Source: Macrostomum lignano
Lineage: Eukaryota
Direction: 5' to 3'
Length of the DNA: 64,000 bases
Assembly (NCBI GenBank): GCA_002269645.1
Contig: NIVC01000385.1
Location: forward strand, 1 to 64,000
Below, in pieces: positions 36,969 to 49,777 of the stretch. The notes below the pieces were generated by a model. That model made no database searches and was not told the origin of the DNA. It worked only from the letters and a program-made list of their open reading frames with translations. The stretch's first letter is position 1, and every line of letters starts with the position of its first letter. A program made the position numbers and the translations under genes.

Positions 36969-39900
36969 CTATTCTGCCTGCGCTTCTGATGCAGTGTGTT
37001 GTCGCTGCTGGTGGGAAGAGCTAGTGTGCAACAGCGGATCACAGCTAGCGTCATCCTCTTCTTCCGAATTACTGGACGCAAGCGGTAGCTGCTGTTGTTG
37101 GCTTTCACTTTTGTTCAACTCGCTCTGGTGCATGCCATAGCCAAAGTAGATAACAAAGCCTGCACATGGCATCATGAAGGGAAGAAAATGTAGGTTTCTC
37201 ATTCTGAACTTCAAGCTTAATCTATTTTTTTCATAAACTACAAGAGTTATTGTTTGATTGCCTAAAAAACCTCTTTAACGTTCGGGACGAGTAGATGGAT
37301 AGCTACTCTGTAAATCTATAACTGCGATCCATTTATGGTTTTCTGGATACCAAAACATGTATCTTGGTCATTTTTTCTTAAAAAGAAAGACGGATTTTTC
37401 GCTATGAAGTTACGATCCCCACTACTGACACTTTATACTCTTAAACTCTTAAAAATCAGTCAATAACAGTAATACAACACCAACACAATGTCAACAATAT
37501 TAACAAAAAACAATGGAAACTTAGTGCACGATATGGGTGTTCATATAAGTCCATTCTGGCACATCGGAAATACACTAACCGCAGTGCTAATAAAACATTT
37601 GAAAATAAAATGACAGAATTCCTTACCAACAGCAAGCCACACAGCAAAGCGGATCCATGTGATGCGCGACAAACGAACCATAAGAAATACATTGACGGCC
37701 ACGGTAGCCGTTGGCAACAGGGGCACTAAAGGTACGCGGAAGTGAAGTCTCCTGGTAATTACGTTCTCCTGCGGCTGCAAGAAGATAACGACTAAGCAAA
37801 TAACCCAGCCAAGGGCCATAAGGCCGGAGGCTACATAAAGAAATTTTGCCGACCCTGGTTGAATAGATTCGGACTCTGCAAGAGTGAGCGAGCATGATGC
37901 AACGATTGCCTGAAGCCACATAAGCACAGTCATGACAATGACCAGGCGGTAGCTGCTGCTAGTTGACATTGGCCGGCGCCGAAAGCCACACAAATTCAAT
38001 GCGTGCTGACGCGACCGCTGTTTTTTCTTTCGATGCTGTTGGTTTTGCCGCTTTTGCTTTCTTCGCTGTTGCTGATTCGCATCGCCGTTCTTGGAAATGG
38101 CCTCCTCGTCATTGGCAGATTCATCGGAGGTTTTAGCAGCATTACAATTCTGTGCGTCCGATGTATTCTGCTGTTGCAAACTATCGCCCATTGACCTTAA
38201 TGGCACAGTCTCCTCTCTGTCGTCACCGACAGAAGCACCACAGGGGGCCACTTCGTCTTCCTGGCTACCGGAGCACTCGCTTTCATCAGTGTCTAATAGC
38301 AGGTCAGCGTCAGCCCACGGGGTAGGCTGATAGCGCAGTAGCAGTACACAGGTGCAAACTAGGGAATAGGCAAGCAGGGTTCCAATGCTCATCATTTCAA
38401 CCAGCTCGGTGAGGTCAATCAGCACGGCAAAGACAGCTGTGATTAAGCCAGGTACTACTGTCGCAATTAGAGGCGTCTCCGTGCGAGAGTTAACTCGACA
38501 GAAAAAGCGAAAAAGCAGGCCATCGCAGGCCATAGCGTAGATAATGCGTGGTAGTGGAAACTGCGAACCCAGAAGAGCTGCGCACAGACCAGAGACGGCT
38601 CCGAAACCGACCACCCACCTGCACCGGGTTGAGTAAATATAAATGAGAACAGAGAATAAAAGCTAAACTGTTAAATACTTAAACTGTTTTACGGGGTAGC
38701 CCAGTGGTACAGCTATCCCTAGCTACATCTATTTGGGGCTTGTGCACGAAAATTAGCTGGATTAGCCGGGATTCAAGTCACACCAATGAGGGCCAGCCCC
38801 AAGGCACAGAGTGTACATGCCTGACGATTAAAAAAACAGGGCCGCTTTACAAACTGTGAGCGTGTGCATCAGTACTTGCCTGCGTACAGTATCTATGCGC
38901 CTGTATCAGAGATGAGTCAGTCGATGGAATGGGCAGAATTGTCTCACAGCTGCCGTGGGAAGGGGGACGATGTCGCCGAAGGCGTTGCACCAGGGTTACC
39001 CGCAATACCAAGAAGATGGATCCTATCTTACTTAGTGCAACTCATTAGTGCTAACAAAACCATTAATGTAATATGAGTAAGTATAGCTTTTACTAGAAGT
39101 AATGTCTGACGATCATAAACTAGATTTTACTGCAATTATATCCACAAATTTATTTGACAGAAAACACGTCAAAATTGGCTCAATAGCTTTTCAGGTGTCA
39201 GACTTACAATACTGCTTGTAAAACAGACTAGAGACACCAATGACCATTTTCGTTTTCGATAACTTAGATGAAAGCGTAGAAAGCTGACTCACCTAGCCCA
39301 GTGAAATCCATGAAGATCCAATGACTCTATAAGCGGTGTTTGTGAGTGGATGGAACGGAATGGCAGCAGCATGGTGAGAACAGCAGAGACACCAACATAT
39401 AATGCCCAGCAGATAAGCAGGCTGACAGTCACTGCGGTAGGGATGGACTTCTCGGCAGAGCGAGCCTCTTCGCCAGTAGTGGCGAGAATGTCGAATCCCA
39501 CAAAAGCGTAGAAGCAGGAAGCAGCACCAGACACAACACCGTGAAATCCGGCGGGCGCAAAGCCACCATTCTCAGACCAGATGCTGGCGTCTGCTTTCAG
39601 AGATCCTACCACAATCACAAGGAGGGCGATACCACCGTTAAGAAAGTTAAAGACAGTAGACCATTGAGCGCTCTCTTTGACGCCTACAGCCAGCACAGCT
39701 GTGACCACCAGGGAAACAGCTCCAGACAGCAGATCTGGATAGGTATTTACATGCGGTAACACGCCGAAAGTCTCCCGGCTGTGGTTACTGATCCAGTAAC
39801 CAGTCATGTAGTCAATACTGGCACTAAGTGCCCTGGCATCAGCGGCAGTACCAATCATGTACTCGAGTATTAGATTCCAGCCTATGACATAAGCTATTAA

Positions 39901-40230
39901 CTCGCCAACTGTGTGATAGCTGTAGGCATATGCAGAACCAGTAGTATTGGGCACCCGACTGCCAAATTCCGCATAGCAAAGACCAGACATTAGGCTAGCA
40001 ATACCAGCTATTGTAAACGAAAGCACTACAGCTGGACCAGCAACATTAAGTGCCACATGACCAGACACGACATATATTCCAGCGCCAAGTATAGAGCCAA
40101 TCGCCAGGTTAGTGAGATCAAAAGTGGTCAAACACTTGTCTAGTTCTGTGCCATCCTGTCTCACAGGAGACGGCTTTTTAGTGCGCAAAAAAGTACGTTT
40201 TAGTATAGAACCAGTCTCTCTTAAACCCAT
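36969..40230 (-). CDS. Cationic amino-acid transporter (SLC7A1-4/slimfast family), 3 coding exons, 706 aa
   Basis: Exons 40230-39293, 38618-37627, 37159-36969 (2121 nt, in frame). Motifs GSILGAGIYV, LCYAEFGSRVP.TGSAY.YSY, FYAFVGFD, FPLPRIIYAMA.DGL, SIGTLLAYSLV, FRVPLVP, IYFGYG. Confidence 0.93.
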
Positions 40231-40691
40231 AGTTGTAAGGGTTAAGACAAAGCTGCAAAAACAACATATTGGAATGTGGATATTAACATGAATATATAAG
40301 GATGACAGAATTCCAACGAATTTTATCAAATTTTATCACTGCTTTAGACAATATAAACTTTTGTCTTAATGATTTTTACTAATTAAAAACGGTCTTTTTA
40401 ACACTGCAAATGAAAACATTTTTCAAACCTTAATTGCAAATTTTCATATAATTACTTGATAAGTTAAAAAAAAAAAACATGTTCTCATGTATTTTGTAAT
40501 TAAACTAGGACTTAACAGTTTATTAATATAGAAAAAGATTTTTTGAAGCTCTGGGACACAAGATTGAGCCTTGGACTTTTTAACAATGCAATTGATGCAT
40601 GCAAGAACTTCAAAATTTCTAGCTTTTTGACTAGCTTAATTGCTTTCTTAAATGTTTTATATTCTCTTTAGAGCTTACAATATATTGCATT

Positions 40692-41552
40692 CAGTGTTGG
40701 GCACTAGTCTGATAATAAGTGTTAATCCATTAATAAACATTAATAAGTGTTAAGATTTTTCTATAATGTTAATGGACTGCCGTTAAGAATTTTTTGCACT
40801 AACAGATTAACAAACTTGCATTAATAATTTTTTGAATTAACGACAAACTCATTGTTAACATTAATGACAATGTCAATGACCAAAGACACAAAGAAAGAAA
40901 AAAATATGAGTCTGACAAGAAGTTACAACATTGTGAATATATTCAAATTTACCTAAATGCCTAATACATTTTTTTATAATGATCATGCAAATATAACTTT
41001 AAAAATGAATTAAAATTGTGAACTTTATTGCTTGCGTGCGAGCATGGATTGCTTTGATTCACTTCTTTCCTAATCCTTTGTAACTTTCTGCTGCGCCTGC
41101 TAATGCTACTAAAACAACCTTCCTATTTGTATTTTACTATTTAATTATTATTTATTTATTATTATTTTTTAACTAAATTAACTTTTAAGTTTAAAATAAA
41201 TGAGTTACTTCTTTTACTATATGCTTACTTTTAGTAGTATTATACATGGAAGTTTTTAAAATTATTTTCTATTACTTTCTTAGCTTTTTCTTAGCTCTTT
41301 CTTAGATGAGCTTTATGATTTTGCTAAAAAGGTGGAAAATCAAAGACAGTGCATGGAAGTCTGTGTTTGGAAAAAAGTGCAAGATTTCTGTATTTTCTAT
41401 GTTAGCTTTAATGGATTAACACTTATTAACGATTATCAGTTAACTTTCAGTTAACTTAACAAAATTAAGAGTTAATAAATTAAGATTTTTTTAACACTAA
41501 CATTTTTGCCATTATTGGAAGTTAAGATTTTCATTAATGGTGCCTAACACTG
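40692..41552. mobile_element. hAT-type MITE A (861 bp)
   Basis: TIRs CAGTGTTGGGCAC / GTGCCTAACACTG; perfect 8-bp TSD ATTGCATT (40684-91, 41553-60). Confidence 0.9.
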
Positions 41553-41874
41553 ATTGCATTGCATAATATATTTTTTAAAACTTGTTTATGGGTTATTTTT
41601 ATTTAGGCTTTTCTAGGGTCTTAATGGGTTTATCAACTATTTATGGGATATAATGGGTTTATCAACTATATAAATATAGGTTCCTATGAAAAATGAGAGT
41701 TAATATTAGAAGTTAATAAAAAACCTCTGGGGGTTAATTTAACATAGATTAACTTTCCAAAAAGTAAATTTATGTTAATTAACCACTTTATACATTGTAG
41801 GTTAATTTTGATTAAAAACTTGGAAATTAATGTTAATTTACCCTTGTCCTCTTAACATTGCTCAAAGTAACATT

Positions 41875-41960
41875 AATTTACCTAAAATCATGTAAAGTAA
41901 TTAATTTACCTAAAATCATGTAAAGTAATTAATTTACCTACAATCATGTAAAGTAAATTT
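41875..41960. repeat. 28-bp tandem repeat, three copies
   Basis: (TAATTTACCTAAAATCATGTAAAGTAAT)x3. Confidence 0.85.
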
Positions 41961-42924
41961 ACGTTGAATCACTTATTGCGCAGCAGTAATTTACTGAAAT
42001 ATACCAAAGCTTGCTGACTATGGTGGGTTAATTTACCTAGAAACATGTAGGTAAACTTTCTTCAATTTACTTAACATGAGTGCAAATTTTACTTATATAC
42101 TTGCTAGAATGTGTGTGTAAACTGATCTGAATCTCTTCCTCAAGTCATGTGTAATACTACATGTACATGTTAATATGTATGAATGCATGGCACCTTTGAT
42201 GTTATGCGTATGATTTACAAGTAATTTTACACTTTCTTTATTTCAATAGTTTAATATTCAATTATTTTATCTGTTGGCAGCACATGCACTCACAGTGTTT
42301 GCCAGCCTACTATAATACTACTTATTTTAATTGTTTTTTGCCTGTGCTGGGCCTAAGAGATTTGAAACTTGAAAGTCTGCAACCAATTTGCAATATCTTT
42401 GCAGCTGATATTTGATAATGCTAATTGCATAAATTAAAGTGTCTCTGGAGTCTAGAGAGGCAGTTTTTGTTATAAGGTGTTTTTCATAGATAAAACAATA
42501 ACATGTAAAATGCTTGGTACTATGATTTAGCCTACACTTTATATATATAACTAATGATAATAATATTAATACTAATAATACTAATTAATACTAATACTAA
42601 TGATAACTAATGACAATAAAGTTTCACACACTTTATTTATGTATTTAATCTATAATACTAATCAGTTATGCCAAAAAGTCAACCAAATCACATGTGGGTC
42701 TCTAACTTGATTCATCATATGCTAAAAGTCAATAACTTATGGGCCATGGCATTCACTTTATCAGTTCCATACTATAGTCTACACTCTAGATCATAATAGT
42801 CATGCTAAAACTTACCTAAGCAAAAAAAATATACATATTCCTACTTTACTTTACTTTATTTATTATCTGTCCTTGTGACTGACTATGTACCCATGGCTTT
42901 ATGTTAGACCATAACCACATACAT

Positions 42925-43080
42925 GCGCAACCTTGGGAATCCCTCGGCCATTTCTATTGGCAACACACATATGTAAGTCACTATTGGACAGAATAGTACT
43001 CACGTGACTGCTCTCCACCAATAGCGACTTACATGTGTGTGTTGCCAATAGAAATGGCCGGGTGAATCCCTAGGTTGCGC
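42925..43080. repeat. 156-bp palindrome (63-bp arms, 30-nt spacer), MITE-like
   Basis: gcgcaacc..ggccatttctattggcaacacacatatgtaagtcactattgg pairs with 43018-43080. Confidence 0.9.
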
Positions 43081-45717
43081 CCAAGCATGCATGACCATGA
43101 TAAACTAGATCTACACATGACCACAGTATAGATATTCTATAAATCATTTTGAACTATAGATTTATAATATATAGCATAATTTTGTACTCATAGATTTGTG
43201 GCATGCATTTTATATAATGCTCTTATAGCATGTTTTTTATAAAATAATAGCATTTTATCTGGATAATTTTTCTAAAGATAATGTCTTATCAATCTAGGAT
43301 CTTTTCTCTTAGAAAAATCTAAAAGCAAGAAGTCTTCTAGTATATATATTAAGTATTACTTTATATTTTTGCTGTATGTTTTAGTATATATTCAACCAAA
43401 ACTTTTTTAAGCACTATATTCATGACTAAAAGTTTTATATAAATATAGCTATACTAGGTTAATTGACTTTTTAAATTATATTGTTATATATTATATAAAA
43501 AATCATAGATATATTACACTATGCTTTTGATCTTTGAATGCCTCTAGGCTATAGCTTTTGAATTACTGTTAATAGCTAAAAAACAAAATATATAAAACAT
43601 ATTGAATCAGGCAATTCAATTATTATATGAGAATAATTTAATAGTCAGTTATTAAGTTATATTAAATTTGTGTTCTGTTGCAACAAGTTTAACAACTATA
43701 ACTGCATTATTTGCATAAGCACCTAAAGTATTATGCCATCAATGTCCATGAGTTTGCTTTGCTCCTATTATGCACACAATGTCAATCATAAGGTAAAATT
43801 GGTAATTTATGATATGCATTTCAGAAAATCACCAAAATGTCAATTCAAAATTGCAGGGCTCTGTGCAGAGAACTACTGAGTACCAAGCATACAGCCTTAC
43901 ATAGAGCCATTGAATGCAGACTTAAGTCCAAAAAGTGCTATATACTATCAACTATAATTTGCTAGGCATCTTCACTATGGCTAAAGGCAATGACACCATG
44001 TTAGCAGATGACTATATAATGCCCAACAGCATCAATATTATGCTAGGAGGCCATTTTTCAGATTTTTAATTGGCTATATCTATTGGAAACAGAATAAAAC
44101 AAATACATTATTTTGAATTAGAATTGCAATACATTGGCATTGGCATTAATTGTTGTCTATACCTAATATATAATTATCATATTTGAATATTATAAATTTA
44201 AAAATGAATGAAAACAATGTGAAACTTCTAACTAGCTAATTAACAAATATCAACCTTAAAAAACTATAAAATATAGACTTTTAAACAATCCTCAATGCTT
44301 TATATATATTTGGTATCAAGTAATTATAATTTCAAATTTGTTTTGAGATAGAAGTTTTAAGATGCTCTCTTTCTGGTTTTGCTCATCTGGCCCTGTTTTT
44401 TGGGAGGCCATCCTGCATGGCATGGCTATAGACATAGAGGTCATCTATAGCAAACTGGAATAGGTTGCCTATTTGCTGCAATCTATATGCCTAGGGCACT
44501 GCAACAACATGCTCCTCTTTGACAGTATATAGCCTCACAAAGCAAGACTCACTTAGGCCAATCTGGCTAGCCTGGGCTTTAGAGTTTTGGCTTATCTACC
44601 ATATTTGCCAGAACTCTTGCCATGTAACTACCATGTGTTCAGATCCCTTCAAAGCTTTTACAATATATAATAGTTTGCTAACAAGCAACATGTGGAGTAG
44701 GCAATGCAGAAATGGATAGATTCAAAGCCTATAAGCTTTTGAAAGGGGGTTGAAGGCATTGTCAGCAAGATTAAGATAAGAGAAGATCAGGGCCATAAAT
44801 GGCAACTATATCATATTACTATAAACTGTTTGTTCTTAATACTATTTGTTACAGTTTTCAATTGTTTAAATTCTAGAAACTTTTGGCTTACCTTAATAGA
44901 ACTAAGAAGACTTCTAAGCTTAGTCACTTCTCACTTTGTCAATTGCAAATAGTGTTACCTTTATGGCTCTATCTAATAGTCACTTTGAAAACCATTTGAC
45001 AAAATGCCCATTGACAAAGTGACTAGCACTAGGGATGTCAACCTTAGGTAGTGCTCCCTAGGGCCCTGAGAAACTTGTTAAGAAATACTCCACAGGGAAT
45101 TGGACTGGGGACCCCAGGGAGAAAAAAATGCAGTTTTGACTTGATTTTTGACATTTAAATAAGAAAATGATTCATAAAAAGCTGATTGAAACTGTCTATG
45201 CTTTTTTCTATATAACTGCTTATATGAATGTATTAGGGCCTAATATATTATTTCATAAATCAAGCAAATTGCACATAGAAACCTATCATGAAAAAGAAGC
45301 CATACTAACTATTATATTGGTCTATATTGATGGCTTGACATATTTGATGCAAGCACAATGCTAGTCTTACATCAATCACTAATACATAGGGGATATCATA
45401 TAATAACAAAATACTCCTATTAGACAAGGACAAAATGGTGATTTATCTGCAAGAAATAAAAATTCTAATTATAAAAACAGTCTTATTCATTAATTAACCT
45501 CTTATGAGCGTAGCTGCTAAGCATACATTTTCCACCTTTGGAGAATGGACTCTTTCTAATAAAGATGCATGTACAATTTGGTGATGCCACATCGTCAAAT
45601 GTAGTTTTAAATAACGGAGTACTTATAGGCATGGTAGCCATGTCTATAATATTTGAGCTTATGGGCAGGTCAAAAATCATCGATATAAAACGCGTGTTCT
45701 ATAGGGCTTTCTCACAA

Positions 45718-45790
45718 GCAATTGGTGGCTCAGTGGATATGTCGATTGCCTTGTGATTTTGAGTAGCAGGGGTTTGAGTCTTTAATGGTT
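45718..45790 (+). pseudogene. Decayed tRNA-derived head (tRNA-Gly-like 5' end), ending at hAT MITE B
   Basis: GCATTGGTGGCTCAGTGG (A box) and GGTTTGAGTC (B box with CG>TG); cloverleaf not intact. Confidence 0.4.
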
Positions 45791-45792
45791 GG

Positions 45793-46629
45793 CAGTGTTG
45801 GGCACTTTTGTTAACAAGTAACTTGCAAATGATAATGCAAGTTACTTTTTTGTAAAGCATTCTTTACACAAGTTACTTTTTTATTTTAGTAACGGAGTAA
45901 TGGTAAGTTACTCAAATTTCGGAAGTCCATTACAGTTACTTTGCAACAATTGCAATATTTAAATTTAAAACTGAAATGCTTAGCTAGTATGCCAGTTGTC
46001 ACATGTTTTTGCATTTTTCATTCCTAAATTCAAAATTAAGTGAATTGTATCATTTGGTATTGCAATAAATAATGAAGAAATACTTGAAACATGTTTTACT
46101 TTGTTAATTTTGGTAAAATATTTTTGCCTTTCATTTTCGTTACTAAAAATTTTCAAGTTTGATTCAAACAAACAACCAAAGAAAGAAATTCATCTGTAGC
46201 CTCCACAAGTCCCTCCACTGGCACTGCAGTACACTACACCATTTTATAGAATTCTATTTATTTTACTCTATTGAATTATTGATATTTGTTTATTTTATCA
46301 TTTATAATTTTAATTATTGATTGCCATTGCCCATTGGTCCTTCTACTTGCCTCATATTGTGTCGCCAATTCTTGTCTCTGTCTGTAAATCGGATAATCCC
46401 AATGCCCAATGGCAAATTTCGGTAACAACAATGTAAAAAAATGTGCAATGTGAAAGAAGCAGAAAATTTTGTTAATAACATGGGTAACGGAAGTAAGTAA
46501 CAGACAGTAACTTAAAAGTTACCAGGTTTTTGTCTAAAGTTACTAGGCTAACATAAGTTACTTTTTAAAAATTGGTAACTAAGTTATAGTAATGCAAGTT
46601 ACTTTTTTTGAGTAACTTGCCCAACACTG
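45793..46629. mobile_element. hAT-type MITE B (837 bp)
   Basis: TIRs CAGTGTTGGGCA / TGCCCAACACTG; perfect 8-bp TSD ATGGTTGG (45785-92, 46630-37); subterminal GTAACT/AGTTAC repeats. Confidence 0.92.
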
Positions 46630-46964
46630 ATGGTTGGAGAGATTTTTTAATTTGAAATTATTTAGCAAATAGAAATTTTTTCACCTTGAATTTTTCAGGT
46701 TTTTAAATAAAATAGGGCCTAAAATAGTAAATTAAAATAAATAAAATTAAATTTTTTAATAAGAGTAGCTTGTAACACTTAATCTTTAAGTGTGGCTAAT
46801 ATGTATCGAAAGAATATTTCTCATTCATATGTAATTACGGCCACACTTTTTTAAGATTTTGTGTTAGACCTACTCTTAAAAATTTAATTTAATTTAATTT
46901 TTAAAAACTTTCAAGTTAAAAAACTCCCCTACAACTTTTCTCTTTTTTATCCGATCGATGATTG

Positions 46965-47285
46965 CATACATGGCAACCGTGCCTTTAAGCTCCAATGGTC
47001 CAATATTAGAGACACGGCCACCTACCGTGCCTCTAAGTGTGAACCTAGTCAATATTAATGACACGGCCACCTACCGTGTCTCTAAGTATGAACCTATTCA
47101 ATATTAATGACACGGCCACCATGCAAGTTTTATTGACATAGTGTCTATAATGCAAAAACTTAGAGACATGGCGGCCGTGTCTATAAGTATGGACCTAGTC
47201 ACTATTAGAGACACGGCCGCTGTGTCTATAAGTTTTTGCATTATAGACACAACATGGTCACCGTGTCTCTAAGTGTGGCATTGAA
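46965..47285. repeat. Cluster of ~51-bp repeats, partly inverted (GACACGGCCACC..CCGTGTCTCTAAG)
   Basis: At least five copies of GACACGG...CCGTGTCT, each forming a small hairpin. Confidence 0.75.
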
Positions 47286-47680
47286 ATAAACATTGTTTCA
47301 AGTTTTTACCCTTGTGCCTTGAACATGTAGTCTAAAGCTTAAATCAAAGTTTAAAAAATACCACTCAAGATCTAAGTTATCTGCTGTTTTTTTACTTTCA
47401 TCAAATTCAATATGGATGATTTATCAAAAAGAGAATAAAAAATAAATTATAAAAGAAAAATTGTTGAATTACTAATAATCAGTATCCTTTATTCTATTGA
47501 CAAGATAATAAAGAGAGGAGTAAAATTCTGATTTAGAATCTAATTTAGAATTTAGATCTATAGGCTAGCTAGGGCCTAATCTACAATTGTTATTATTAAT
47601 TATTATTAGTCATTATATAATAATAGTATATTATAAAAAAAGCAATGCTGCCACTCACAACAAAATTATTTTGAATACAG

Positions 47681-47778
47681 GACAGTTCGGTAACAGACAA
47701 TTAGGTAACAGACAATTCGGTAACAGACAGTTCGGTAACAGGCACAGCAAGGACAGTTCGGTGACAGCAAGGACAGTT
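47681..47778. repeat. 15-bp tandem repeat (GACAGTTCGGTAACA)n
   Basis: Four good and two partial copies. Confidence 0.85.
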
Positions 47779-48281
47779 CCTTGGTGGGGGTGGAGAAGAA
47801 AATAAAAGATAAAATTTGTATTTGGGTTTTTCGTAACCGATCGGCGTTGAGTTCGCACGAATGAATCCGGAAATCGCGCAGACGAATCACAACGAATTGC
47901 TTTCTCCTGTTTCACTCCGACAGCCGGGGTCCTCAATTTCAGGGGGGAAGGGTAGTCGTAATCGTAGCGGAGCGGTCTTGTAGCGGCGCGGTCGTTCAAA
48001 CGATAAAACACCGGAGATTCTGACACCGTAATTAATGTGTTGATTTTCTGAGCTGGTTACTTTCAGTAGGGTAGTTGCTGCCACCACCGTAATTTACGTA
48101 TTACGGAACGAATTAAATCTCAGAGCTTTCTTTGAGATGAGAAATTTGGTTATTTTACGCCCCCCGGGCAAATGACTCAAAAAATACTATGGCTTATGTC
48201 AACAGATAAAGGTGGTGTTTATATGTTTATTAAGTTTTGTTTATTATTTAGCCGGTTTATAAAGAAAGTTACTAACGCTAT

Positions 48282-49037
48282 TGTCACGTTATTTGATGTT
48301 GTCCGTGACCCTTAAAAGGGCCGTTTTAGTCCCAAATGAATCGAGTCAAGTCTTGATAGCGGATTTGCGTAGCGGAGCACTTGGCATACAAGGCCGGAAA
48401 CTGGCCGTAGTTGGTTATTATTGTTGAGATCAATATTCGATGCGGTTAATATCAATATAGAACTTATTGCGCTTTTGGGGCACTGGCGGCTGCAACAATG
48501 GTTTTGAATTGAAGGTGAGTTAGAGATTGTAGTTGAGTGGTAGGCGAGTGATGCAAGACGATGCAACGTGGTGAGTAACGGCGATGAGCACAACAGTGGC
48601 AGATGCGTAGTGGTGAGATTGGCGTTAGCCGTGGCAGACAGTGGCAGGCAGTGTAAACAGGCTGGTCCAGACAGAGAGAAGGAAAACAAGGCCGAGGACA
48701 GGCCGGGAGGAAGAGAGAAGCACAGACAAGGACCGGAGCGAGGAGTGCCGCCGCCAGGCGGGGGGTTTAATAAAGGAGCGCAGAGGGGGGTAGCGCGAAG
48801 CACGAGTGGTTTTCATTGGCTGGCGAGAGAACTTAAAATTATCGATCGTGCCAATTTTATACGGTCGCGAGAGAGGATAGCAAAATATACAGAGAATTAG
48901 AAATTGCCACAAAATCGTTGGGCTCTACTATAAGTAAACGTTAAAATAAACTATTGGAGAAATTAATATGAGAAATTACAAGGGAAAATATAGTCCAGCG
49001 GCCCTTTTCGGGACCACCTTAAACTGACAACGTCACA
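48282..49037 (-). mobile_element. Solo LTR (756 bp), minus orientation
   Basis: TGTCAC...GTCACA ends; 4-bp TSD CTAT at 48278-81 and 49038-41; minus-strand CCAAT (~48817) and TATTAAA (~48770). Confidence 0.75.
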
Positions 49038-49777
49038 CTATTACTAATTAGGACAATTACTGAGGTTTGCGTTAAATATGTTACGACGACAATGATTGCG
49101 GGCGCCGGTGCGCAAAACGAGTTTAAAAAAGTAAAATTGAACTAAACTTGGCAAACAAAAGAAAACTGAAGTGGAGGAGGAGAAGAAACGCATGAACCTT
49201 AGGCGGCTTTATAAAATAATGATGCATTTTATATTTATATAATGCATAAATTTTTTACAATATAATTTGATAGACGTGTAATATATTTTGAGAGACATTA
49301 ACACTGTTATAATTCATGCAACCATAACAATGCGGAGTTAGTTTATTTCGGAAGTTGCTAACTTTTGTTTGGATTTTTGTGATACACGGAGCTCGTCTAC
49401 ATTGATTTGAAAACAAAAGCAATTTGCAGAACATATTTAAGATACTGTAGCTACACTAAAATACAAGTATCGCTTGTAAAGTATGTATAATAATTGTTTT
49501 TTTAAGAACAAAGTATAACATATTGAAGCAAATACTCATACATGTACATAAAAGTTACAGCTCGTTCAAATACAAACAATTACACTGTACCACAAATGTA
49601 AAAAATGTAAATATTCATGCATTTTTCACAGTTACGCAATGCTCACGAAAGCAATTGGTCACTTGGCGACTACATACTTGGCCGCAGCACTTAGCAATTG
49701 AGCTGCCGTTTTGGTGCCTGCCTGGTACTTGGACCAATAACGCATCAGCTTGGCCTCCTTGGTGCGCTGGGCAAGCC

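Noticed and set aside
45049-45125. TAGGGATGTCAAC hAT-like terminus
   Set aside because: No matching opposite terminus or TSD found.
47655-48100. CpG-rich stretch as a first exon of the transporter gene
   Set aside because: No convincing donor site or protein similarity; needs transcript data.
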